A stretch of DNA of 64,000 nucleotides from Minisyncoccota bacterium. Its GTDB lineage: Bacteria > Patescibacteriota > Minisyncoccia > Phycocordibacterales > UBA9973. The notes under the pieces were generated by a model. That model was not told where the DNA came from. It saw only the letters and a list, made by a program, of their open reading frames with translations, and made no database searches. Every line of letters starts with the position of its first letter. The first letter of the stretch is position 1. Below, in pieces: positions 1 to 8,812 of this stretch. The DNA lies in the NCBI GenBank assembly GCA_041664605.1, contig JBAYKO010000001.1, forward strand, positions 9,220 to 73,219, read 5' to 3'. Made by a program: the position numbers and the translations under genes.

Positions 1-1052
1 CAGCACTGATTCAAAATCCCGATATCCTACTTTTAGATGAACCAACAAATAATCTTGATACTGCAGGTATTGCCCATCTTACTGAATTTCTTATTTCTTA
101 CCCAAAGACTGTGATTGTTATTTCCCATGATTCAGATTTTTTAAATGCATTTAGTGATGGAGTTTTGTATTTAGATATATATAAACAAAAAATTGAACAG
201 TATGTTGGGAATTATAAAAATGTAGTAAAAGAAATTTCCACTAGAGTAGAAAAAGAAAATATGAAAAATGCTCAACTTGCTAAAGAAATCCAAGCCAAAA
301 AAGAAAAATCGAATGAATTTGCCCACAAAGGTGGAAGGCTTCGTCTTGTTGCAAAACGCATGAGAGAAAAAGCAGAAGAGCTTGAAGATTCTATGGTTGG
401 TGTTCGTAAAGAAGATAAAACAATTAAACCATTTATTATTCCTTGCCAAGAAGATTTGGTTGGTGAAATTATAAAAATAGATTCATTTACTACTTTTCAT
501 TCTAAAACAGGTAAAATTTCTAAACATAAAACTTCTATAAAATTAAAGAAAAATCAACATCTTTTATTGAAAGGTCCAAATGGTATTGGGAAAAGCACTC
601 TACTTGAACATCTCGCTGATTTTTCTAAAGAAGGATCATTTATATCTCCGAACATTAGAGTTGGATATTATCGTCAAGATTTTTCAACATTAAATTTCAA
701 TGATACAGTTTATGATTCACTTGCAGGCGCAATGCTTTCGAGTGGAGCAAGTCTCAATGAAGAACATTTGCGAGCAACTGCTGCTAGTTTTTTGATTACA
801 GGTGAAATTATTAGAACAAAAATTGGGGATCTTTCCGAAGGCCAAAAAGGACTTGTGGCTTTTGCATGTTTGGTCCTAGAGCGTCCTGGATTAATTATTC
901 TAGATGAACCTACAAATCATATTAATTTTCGTCATATTCCAATTATTGCTGAAGCAATTAATAAATATCAAGGGGCACTGATCCTTGTATCTCACATTCC
1001 AGAATTTGTTAAAAAAATTCGAATAGATGAAATACTTGATTTAGAAAAATAA
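1..1052 (+). CDS. ABC-F family ATP-binding protein (5'-truncated by window)
   Basis: End of first ABC domain (LLDEPTN, ISHD), linker, second ABC domain GPNGIGKST, LSEGQ, LDEPTNH; no TM segments. Confidence 0.9.
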   Translation, partial: ALIQNPDILLLDEPTNNLDTAGIAHLTEFLISYPKTVIVISHDSDFLNAFSDGVLYLDIYKQKIEQYVGNYKNVVKEISTRVEKENMKNAQLAKEIQAKKEKSNEFAHKGGRLRLVAKRMREKAEELEDSMVGVRKEDKTIKPFIIPCQEDLVGEIIKIDSFTTFHSKTGKISKHKTSIKLKKNQHLLLKGPNGIGKSTLLEHLADFSKEGSFISPNIRVGYYRQDFSTLNFNDTVYDSLAGAMLSSGASLNEEHLRATAASFLITGEIIRTKIGDLSEGQKGLVAFACLVLERPGLIILDEPTNHINFRHIPIIAEAINKYQGALILVSHIPEFVKKIRIDEILDLEK

Positions 1053-1073
1053 TTTTTCTTGTAATTTTGCGTA

Positions 1074-1108
1074 ATTAAAAAAGGAGCCAGTTGGCTCCTT
1101 TTTTAATT
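1074..1108 (+). terminator. Intrinsic terminator
   Basis: aaaaaaggagcc-agtt-ggctcctttttt. Confidence 0.8.
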
Positions 1109-1308
1109 TGAAATTTTTTAATAATCTAAAACTCCCAATATGTACCTTTTAAATTTATTGTTAAAATACAACCAAATAAGTATTTTTATTATAAATCTAA
1201 AAACTGACAAGAAAGTTTTTGGGGTTTATTTTTGTGGATAACTGTACTATAATTTAGTTATAAAAATGGTGGTTTTTATGTTTTCTAAAGAAATTAAATA
1301 AAAAATAA

Positions 1309-4300
1309 ATGAATCCCGTGAAATTAACTAAACACATATTTCAAAAGCACAAATTAGAATTTATGTGTGTTTTAGTGTTAGTTTTTTTTATTAGTATTTA
1401 TTCTTTATATAAATCTAATGCCTCTGGTATTATTTTAACTCATACAGGTAAAATTTATGATAATAGTGTAGATGGAAGTGGTGCAGCTTTAAATTATCCT
1501 GAAAGTGTTTTTGTTTTAGATAACTACGCTTATATTGTTTCATCTACTAGTAAGTCTCTTGAAATAATTAATATTACAAACAAATCAGCTCCAGTTCACA
1601 CTGGTACAATTTATGATAATAGTATAGATGGAAGTGGTGCGGTATTGCTTTATCCAAGGGATGTTTTTGTTCAAGGAAATTATGCTTATATTGCTTCATC
1701 TGGTAGCCATGCTCTTGAAATAATTGATATTACAAACAAAGCAACTCCTATTCACACTGGTGTAATTTATAGTGATTTTTTAAGTGGAAGCGGTGCAACA
1801 TTAAATTCTCCTAGTAGTGTTTTTGTTTTAGATAATTATGCATATCTTACTTCAGGAACTCCTGGATCTTTGGAAATTATAGATATTACAAACAAAGCAA
1901 CTCCAGTTCATATGGGGGTAGTTAATGATGCAGATTTAGCTGATGGTCCTACTGATCTTTTTGTTCAAGGGAATTACGCATATATTCCTTCATATTATAG
2001 TGATGCTCTTGTAATTATAGATATTACAAACAAAGCAGCTCCAGTTCATGCTGGTACAATTTATGATAATAGTATAGATGGAAGTGGTGCAGCGTTAAAT
2101 TCACCTGTTAGTGTTTTTGTTTTAGATAACTACGCTTATGTTACTTCGCTTGATAGTCTGTCTCTTGAAATAATCAATATTACAAACAAATCAGCTCCAG
2201 TTCACACTGGTACAATTTATGATAATAGTATAGATGGAAGTGGTGCATTTATTGCTTTTCCAAATGATGTTTTTGTCCAAGGGAATTATGCTTATATAGT
2301 TTCTTCTTTTTATGATGTTCCACCAGATATTTCTGGTAATGGTGTTCTTGAAGTAGTAGATATTTCTATTCCAACTGCTCCAGTTCATTTAAATAAAATA
2401 TTTGATATTGATGGTGGTGCAGCATTAGACGGTCCTTCTTCTGTTTTTATACAAGAAAATTATGCTTATATAGTTTCTAATCTTAGTAATTCTTTTGAAA
2501 TAATAAATATTTCTGAAAATAATCCTCCTGTTATTACCCGTCTTGGAACAACTCCTATTACTTTAAATGTTGGTGATTCTTATACTGACGCTGGTGCAAC
2601 TGCTTTTGATGATGTTGGTGGAAATATAACAGCAGATATTATTACTGTTAATCCCGTAGATATAAATACTCCTGGAACTTATACAGTTACTTACAATGTG
2701 ACAGATAATGAAGGAAATTCTGCTACTGAAGTTACTAGAACAGTGAATGTAGAAGATAATCCTCCCGTTATAACATTACTTGGAACAACCCCTGTAACTA
2801 TTCATCAAGGAGACACATATACTGATGCAGGAGCTACAGCATTAGATGACGTAGATTTAGATATTACTGCAAGTATAGTTACTGTAAATCCAGTTGATAT
2901 AAATACTCTTGGAACTTACACAATTACTTACAATGTTACAGATAGTGGTTTAAATAATGCAACTGAAGTTACTAGAATAGTAAATGTAGTTGATGTAACT
3001 ATTCCTCTTATTACTTTGGTAGGAGATAATCCATCGACAGTTATTAAAGGACAAACTTATACTGATGCTGGAGCAACAGCAGTAGATGATACAGATGGAG
3101 ATATCACAGCTAGTATAATAATTACTGGTTTAGATACAATTGATACAAATACTGTTGGAAGTTACACGGTTTATTATAATGTCAGTGACTTAGCATTAAA
3201 CCCAGCCCTCGAAGTAACTCGAACAGTAAATGTAGTAGATAATTCTCCAGTGATTACTTTAGTTGGGGATGCTTCTGTTACTATTGATGAAGGAACTTCA
3301 TATACTGACGCTGGGGCGACTGCATTAGATGACGTAGATTTAAATATTACTGCAAGTATAGTTACAGTAAATCCAGTTGATATAAATACCCCAGGAACTT
3401 ATACAGTTACTTACAATATTACTGACAGTGGAGGAAATCCTGCAACTGAAGTTACTAGAATAGTAATTGTTTCTGAAGTTATTTCTAGTTGTGTTGGATG
3501 CGCTTGTGGTGGTTGTGGATATAGTCTTCTTCCAGTTGCTGGTGGTTGGAGTGATTGGACTCCAGTTAATGATGGCGTTTGTGGAACAATCATAGAGCAA
3601 ATTCGTACTTGTACAAATCCAACTCCAGCTTACAATGGGGCAGATTGTAGTTTATTAGATGGTGGAAATAATTCTCGAAATTTTTCAAATCCAGATTGTA
3701 CAATAGTTCCAACTTGTACTGATCAAATTAAAAATGGAACAGAAACTGAGATAGACTGTGGTGGTTCTTGTCCAATTTGTTTAATTTCAATTCCTTTCTG
3801 TATAGAATTTCCAGAAAAATGTATTCCACCACCAGATCCAATTTTAACTTGTGAAGAACTTGGAAATTGTCCAATTACTACTGATTCAATAAATCCCGAA
3901 AATCCTACTGATCCAATAAATCCCGAAAATCCGAGTCTTCTATCAATAAATAACATAACTTCAGAAAATTTAATTTCACAAAATTCAAATCTAGTTTCAG
4001 TTTCAACAATATCCTCTCCAATAATTCACCCAGAAATTGATTCAATTTTTCGAATTATTTCAGGATTATCTCTAATATTAGCTGTAGCCACAGCTTCAGA
4101 ACTAGCACCAATTTTATTCCGAATGTGGTCCCTCTTCCTAACCGCCCTCGGCCTCCGCAAAAAAGTAAAACCCTGGGGCGTAGTCTTTGATGCAATAACT
4201 AAACAACCATTGGATCCTGTTTATGTATCATTACAGAACATGGATGGAACAGAAGTAACATCATGTATTACAGACCTAGATGGTAGATATGGCTTCCTAG

Positions 4301-4938
4301 TACCACCAGGACTCTACAAGATAGTTCCAAATAAAACAAACTATTTCTTTCCATCTAAAACATTATCTGAACACATAGATGAACTATACCCAGATCTATA
4401 TTTTGGAGAAGAAATCAAAGTTTCTGATGGTGAAGTGATTGCTAATAATATACCAATGGATCCAGAACACTTTGATTGGAATGAATTCCAAAAGAACAAA
4501 CAAAAACTATTTAAATTCTATTCTAAAAAACAAAAAATATTAACTCAAATTTCTGCTTTCTTCTTTACGATAGGTATGATACTAGCAACCATTGCATTGA
4601 TTACTTTCACTAAACCTTACAATATAATTATCTTTGCTCTATATATCATAGTATTCATACTACAACGCACAGTTATCAAAAAAAGAGTAAGAGGTAAGAT
4701 TATAAAGGGAGAAGATCCATTATCATTTGCTATCATTCGCATATTCTCTAGTGCAACTGATGTAGAAATCTCCCATAAAGTAGCAGACAATATGGGAAGA
4801 TACTTTGCTCTAGTACCTAATGGAAACTACTATGTTCAAATTGAAGAAAAGAAATCTGACGGAACTTATTCTTTGGTTTACAAGTCTGAACCGATTGAGG
4901 TGAAGGGTGGAATTTTGAATAAAGGATTTGTTGTTTAA
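1309..4938 (+). CDS. Large surface protein: LVIVD repeats, 4 DUF5011-like Ig domains, thrombospondin-1-like and Cys-rich motifs, C-terminal TM and carboxypeptidase-regulatory-like domains
   Basis: Repeats VFVxxNYAY...LEIIDIT; four PVITLxG...YTDAGATA.DD...GTYTVTYNV.D units; GGWSDW..C..RTCTNP.P.YNGADC. Confidence 0.8.
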   Translation: MNPVKLTKHIFQKHKLEFMCVLVLVFFISIYSLYKSNASGIILTHTGKIYDNSVDGSGAALNYPESVFVLDNYAYIVSSTSKSLEIINITNKSAPVHTGTIYDNSIDGSGAVLLYPRDVFVQGNYAYIASSGSHALEIIDITNKATPIHTGVIYSDFLSGSGATLNSPSSVFVLDNYAYLTSGTPGSLEIIDITNKATPVHMGVVNDADLADGPTDLFVQGNYAYIPSYYSDALVIIDITNKAAPVHAGTIYDNSIDGSGAALNSPVSVFVLDNYAYVTSLDSLSLEIINITNKSAPVHTGTIYDNSIDGSGAFIAFPNDVFVQGNYAYIVSSFYDVPPDISGNGVLEVVDISIPTAPVHLNKIFDIDGGAALDGPSSVFIQENYAYIVSNLSNSFEIINISENNPPVITRLGTTPITLNVGDSYTDAGATAFDDVGGNITADIITVNPVDINTPGTYTVTYNVTDNEGNSATEVTRTVNVEDNPPVITLLGTTPVTIHQGDTYTDAGATALDDVDLDITASIVTVNPVDINTLGTYTITYNVTDSGLNNATEVTRIVNVVDVTIPLITLVGDNPSTVIKGQTYTDAGATAVDDTDGDITASIIITGLDTIDTNTVGSYTVYYNVSDLALNPALEVTRTVNVVDNSPVITLVGDASVTIDEGTSYTDAGATALDDVDLNITASIVTVNPVDINTPGTYTVTYNITDSGGNPATEVTRIVIVSEVISSCVGCACGGCGYSLLPVAGGWSDWTPVNDGVCGTIIEQIRTCTNPTPAYNGADCSLLDGGNNSRNFSNPDCTIVPTCTDQIKNGTETEIDCGGSCPICLISIPFCIEFPEKCIPPPDPILTCEELGNCPITTDSINPENPTDPINPENPSLLSINNITSENLISQNSNLVSVSTISSPIIHPEIDSIFRIISGLSLILAVATASELAPILFRMWSLFLTALGLRKKVKPWGVVFDAITKQPLDPVYVSLQNMDGTEVTSCITDLDGRYGFLVPPGLYKIVPNKTNYFFPSKTLSEHIDELYPDLYFGEEIKVSDGEVIANNIPMDPEHFDWNEFQKNKQKLFKFYSKKQKILTQISAFFFTIGMILATIALITFTKPYNIIIFALYIIVFILQRTVIKKRVRGKIIKGEDPLSFAIIRIFSSATDVEISHKVADNMGRYFALVPNGNYYVQIEEKKSDGTYSLVYKSEPIEVKGGILNKGFVV

Positions 4939-4943
4939 ATAAT

Positions 4944-4972
4944 TTGAAAATATCCTTATTTTCTGATATCTT
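4944..4972 (+). promoter_or_regulatory. Original ychF sigma70 promoter (near-leaderless), now at island left junction
   Basis: TTGAAA 4944-4949, 17 bp, TGa-TATCTT 4967-4972, ATG at 4979. Confidence 0.65.
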
Positions 4973-4978
4973 TTAAAG

Positions 4979-5005
4979 ATGTCTTTATCAATCGGAATGG
5001 AGTGA
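4979..5005 (+). other. attL: displaced 5' end of ychF (MSLSIGME*), core TCAATCGG at 4988-4995
   Basis: atgtctttatcaatcggaat vs atgtcttctctttcaatcgggat at 20701; rejoining gives MSLSIGIVGLPNVGKS. Confidence 0.85.
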
Positions 5006-5136
5006 ACACACCACGACATTCTATAGAAAATAAGCTTAAATCTATTCCTTTTGAATTCTCTATAAAGATCCCAACTCCCATGCAAAGGGGAATTGATTAC
5101 GGATTTATCTCATCTAAAATAATTACTAATAAATAA
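5002..5136 (+). CDS. Detached C-terminal segment of the serine recombinase (44 aa from GTG)
   Basis: Stop-free frame 4996-5133 in frame with the recombinase across the att core; GTG overlaps TGA of the attL mini-ORF. Confidence 0.5.
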   Translation: MNTPRHSIENKLKSIPFEFSIKIPTPMQRGIDYGFISSKIITNK

Positions 5137-5369
5137 AACCATCACTAGGAGGGTAGGGGCACACCCTTGTGGTAAAAACTGTGTTTATTATATAGATAGA
5201 TGTATTATGAATACGGTTTTTTGAAAGACCGCCCCCGCGGGTAGGAGTGCATGTTAATTAATTTAGAGGGATGCTTATGATATTTAAAAAAATTATAAAA
5301 AAAATAAAAATTTAAAAAAATTAAAATTCACTTCTGGTAAAATTACTAAAAATATGTTATAATAATATT

Positions 5370-5696
5370 ATGGAATTACAAGAAATAAACACAAAGGAAA
5401 TTGAAAAAAGAGAAAAGATATATTCAGCTTTACCTCATGAAAAAGCTCGTGAAATTTTAGTTACAAAATTGCAAACAGAATTTGGATATATAGTAGATAA
5501 AGCAATTAAACAAGCTAAGGATGGCGATTCTGAAGCTCGTAGGTGGCTCACAGATAGAGCGTGGGGCAAAGCTAAAGAAAGTATTGATATGAATGTACGA
5601 CCAGTATTTTCTCTAAAAGCATTATCTGAAAGTGCAGATAGAATGGAAAGAGAAGATAAAATGCCACCACCTATTCCCTTGGAACAACTTATTTAA
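5370..5696 (+). CDS. Phage-type small protein, terminase-small-subunit/DUF5681-like
   Basis: AKDGDSEARRWLTDRAWGKAKE motif; tgtTATAAT just upstream. Confidence 0.45.
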   Translation: MELQEINTKEIEKREKIYSALPHEKAREILVTKLQTEFGYIVDKAIKQAKDGDSEARRWLTDRAWGKAKESIDMNVRPVFSLKALSESADRMEREDKMPPPIPLEQLI

Positions 5697-5775
5697 ACTA
5701 ATTTAAAATTATTTTTAACATTTTTTAAACTATTTAAGCTTGAGAAATAGGGTCTTTTGTGGCATTATTAATAAT

Positions 5776-7890
5776 ATGTCATTAAATCTTTCAAACAACG
5801 AAAAACGAGATGTTATAAAGTTTTTAGAAGCTGGTGAACCTTTGCCAGAAAAGTATCGCTTTTTGCTATTTAAGGATGACAGAGAAGTGGAGCTTGTGTG
5901 GAATGGAAAGACTGAGGAGGTGACAAATGTTGTCCTTCCATTTCAGACCATTGAGCAGATTGATGAACCAAGAGAAGGAAAAGAATTTGGTGATGGTGGA
6001 ACTCTTTTTGATATGTCAGGGAAACAAATAACTGGCTGGACAAATAAACTTATCTGGGGAGATAATAAACTTATTCTTTCTTCTCTAAAAAATGGACCAC
6101 TTCGTAAGGAGATAGAAGCTCAGGGGGGCTTGAAATTAATCTACATAGACCCCCCATTTGATGTTGGAGCTGATTTCTCGATGGATATAAAAATTGGTGA
6201 TGGTGAAGATGAAGAAAGTTTTACTAAAAAGCCCTCAGTTATTGAAGAAATTGCTTTTCGTGATACTTGGGGTAATGGAGTAGATAGTTTTATTGCAATG
6301 ATTTATGAGCGTTTGAAATTAATGCATGATTTACTTGCAGAAGATGGAAGTATTTATGTACATTGCGATTGGAGACTTAATAGTTGTATGCGTTTAATCT
6401 TAGATGAGATTTTTGGAAAAGATAATTTTACAAATGAAATTATCTGGAAATATTTTGGACCAAACAGCTCAAAGAAAAATTATCCTAAAAAACATGATAC
6501 AATTTTATTTTATTCAAAAACAGATTCAAAAATATTTAATTTTGATGCGTGTTTGGTAGATTATGACGAAAAAGCAATTGCTAGATATGATAAAACTGAT
6601 AAAGATGGAAAAAAATATAAAATTTATTTTGATAAAGATGGAAAGGAAATAAGGGCTTATTTAAAAGAAGGAACCCCAACAGAGATATTTGAAATACCAT
6701 TTATTCAAGGAATAGAAACACAAAAAACTGATTATCCAACTCAAAAACCAGAAAAATTGCTAGAAAGAATTATAAAAGCATCTTCAAATGATGGTGACCT
6801 CATTGCTGATTTTTTCTGTGGCTCAGGGACAACACTTGCTGTTGCTGAAAAATTAAATAGAAAATGGATTGGTTCTGATTTGGGTAAATTTGGAATTCAT
6901 TCTACTCGTAAAAGAATGATAGGAATCCAAAGAGAACTCAAAAAAGCAGGAAAAGATTTTCGAGCATTTGAGATTCTTAATGTTGGTAAATATGAAAGAG
7001 AAAATTTCTTGAACATAAATGAAGATTTGAGAGCTGAACAGAAAGCTAAACAAGCAGAAAGAAAAGAAAAGGAATTTGTTAAACTGATTTTATCTGCTTA
7101 TAAAGCTGAGGCTGTAGAATCTTTTATAAATATTGTTGGTAAAAAACGGGATAGATTAATTGCAGTAGGACCAATAAATACTCCCGTATCTTCTGAATTA
7201 ATAAGACAAATAGTTTCTGAGTGTAAAGAAAAAAATATTACTAAAATTGATGTGCTAGGTTTTGATTATGAGATGGGATTAGATTTTTCTCAATACAAAG
7301 ATCAAAATATAGATATATTATTTAAAAAAATTCCAAGAGAAGTATTTGATAAAAAGGCTGTAGAAAAAGGACAAGTAAAATTCTATGACGTAGCTTTTCT
7401 TGAAGTTGAAGCAATTATTTCTGGTAAAGGAAATAGTAAAGAGCTTTCCATTAAATTGACTGATTTTTCTGTTTTTTATAATCAAGATAATGATGGGGAA
7501 ATAGAAGAAGCACTAAAACCGGGAAGTTCAAAAATTGTTGTTAAAAATGGACAAGTAATAAAAATAAACAAAGATAAACAAACTGAAAATGTTTCTGAAG
7601 AAATTTTAACAAAAAAATGGAGTGATTGGGTTGATTATTGGGCAATAGATTATGATTTTACAGACAGAAAAGAAATCATAAAAGTAATTAAAGATGGAAC
7701 AGAAAAAGAAGTTTGGACTGGAAGTTATATTTTTGATAATGAATGGCAGGAATTTAGAACAAAAAAGAAAAGAAGTCTTGAGTTGGTTTCTGCTCCCAAA
7801 GAATTACCCAAGGGAACTTATAAGGTAGCTGTAAAAATCGTCGACATTTTTGGTAATGATACTACAAGAGTAATTGATGTTAAGATATAA
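5776..7890 (+). CDS. mod: Type III R-M adenine methyltransferase Mod (probable start ATG 5776)
   Basis: IYIDPPF motif IV, YPTQKPE, DFFCGSGTT motif I; upstream of Res. Confidence 0.9.
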   Translation: MSLNLSNNEKRDVIKFLEAGEPLPEKYRFLLFKDDREVELVWNGKTEEVTNVVLPFQTIEQIDEPREGKEFGDGGTLFDMSGKQITGWTNKLIWGDNKLILSSLKNGPLRKEIEAQGGLKLIYIDPPFDVGADFSMDIKIGDGEDEESFTKKPSVIEEIAFRDTWGNGVDSFIAMIYERLKLMHDLLAEDGSIYVHCDWRLNSCMRLILDEIFGKDNFTNEIIWKYFGPNSSKKNYPKKHDTILFYSKTDSKIFNFDACLVDYDEKAIARYDKTDKDGKKYKIYFDKDGKEIRAYLKEGTPTEIFEIPFIQGIETQKTDYPTQKPEKLLERIIKASSNDGDLIADFFCGSGTTLAVAEKLNRKWIGSDLGKFGIHSTRKRMIGIQRELKKAGKDFRAFEILNVGKYERENFLNINEDLRAEQKAKQAERKEKEFVKLILSAYKAEAVESFINIVGKKRDRLIAVGPINTPVSSELIRQIVSECKEKNITKIDVLGFDYEMGLDFSQYKDQNIDILFKKIPREVFDKKAVEKGQVKFYDVAFLEVEAIISGKGNSKELSIKLTDFSVFYNQDNDGEIEEALKPGSSKIVVKNGQVIKINKDKQTENVSEEILTKKWSDWVDYWAIDYDFTDRKEIIKVIKDGTEKEVWTGSYIFDNEWQEFRTKKKRSLELVSAPKELPKGTYKVAVKIVDIFGNDTTRVIDVKI

Positions 7891-7895
7891 AAACT

Positions 7896-8720
7896 ATGAG
7901 CTTTTTTAAAAACAATAAAGAAATAAAGACGGAAGATCTTAAGCTTTCAGATTATGATCAAATTTGGACCAAATTTTGTTTTCTTGATGAAACAGGAAGT
8001 TTAAATAATAATACAGACCCATTTTTTACTGTTGGAATAATAAAAATGAGCCAACCTTATTATTTGATGAATAAATTACTTTACGAAAGAAATAAAAGAA
8101 ATTTTTATGATGAGATGCATTTCAATAAACTTTCAAGAAAAAACATTGGTTTTGCAAAATTTGCACTGGAATCATTTTTTGATACAAAGGGTACTTATTT
8201 TTATTCTTATTCAGTTGACAAAGACGGAAGATATTTTAAAAAAGAATTTGGAGAAGACCCATGGAAAGCCTATGAGCAACTCACCACTCGTTTACTTGAG
8301 GCAGTTTTATCAGAGAAAGAAATTTTAGTTTTATTAGCTGATCATGTTACTGTTCCAAAAGAGATAAGATTTGAGGTTAATGTAAAAAAAAATATGAATA
8401 GCAAACTTGGTAGACTAGCAATTGCAGGGGTATGTCGCTTAGATTCTAGATCAAATGATTTATTACAAGTAGTTGATTTAATTATTGGGGCAATTAGTTA
8501 TGATTTAAAAGTAAAAGTAGGTGCAATAAAAGGAAATAGTGAATGCAAAATGGAGTTTCTTAAACTTTTAAAAGAAAACTTAGGATCAGATGATTTATTG
8601 AATGGATTTAGAAATAGAAATTTTAACATTTTTGTAGACAAAGATATGAAAACTAGATTACCCTTAGAAAACAATGATAATTTAGAAGATGAGGTAAATG
8701 AAAAAGGGCCATCATCCTAA
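7896..8720 (+). CDS. DUF3800 family (RNase H-like) protein
   Basis: FLDETG near N-terminus, DSRSNDLLQVVDLIIGA near C-terminus. Confidence 0.75.
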   Translation: MSFFKNNKEIKTEDLKLSDYDQIWTKFCFLDETGSLNNNTDPFFTVGIIKMSQPYYLMNKLLYERNKRNFYDEMHFNKLSRKNIGFAKFALESFFDTKGTYFYSYSVDKDGRYFKKEFGEDPWKAYEQLTTRLLEAVLSEKEILVLLADHVTVPKEIRFEVNVKKNMNSKLGRLAIAGVCRLDSRSNDLLQVVDLIIGAISYDLKVKVGAIKGNSECKMEFLKLLKENLGSDDLLNGFRNRNFNIFVDKDMKTRLPLENNDNLEDEVNEKGPSS

Positions 8721-8812
8721 CGGTTGACGCCCTTTTTCGGTACATTTGTATTATACATTAGACACCGGTGTAATACAAGTACAAATAAAAGTTATCCACA
8801 ATAAACAAATTT

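Noticed and set aside
1441-3470. Long direct DNA repeats as DGR template/variable repeats or CRISPR
   Set aside because: In-frame protein domain repeats; no reverse transcriptase in the window
4810-5085. Minus-strand 91-aa ORF across attL
   Set aside because: Overlaps the surface-protein gene and spans the junction; probably spurious
5776-5794. mod start (atgtcattaaatctttcaa) as attL
   Set aside because: Weaker match than 4979-4998, lacks the ATCGG core and does not rebuild ychF cleanly
5776-7890. Phase-variable mod (phasevarion)
   Set aside because: No simple-sequence repeat tract seen in the ORF
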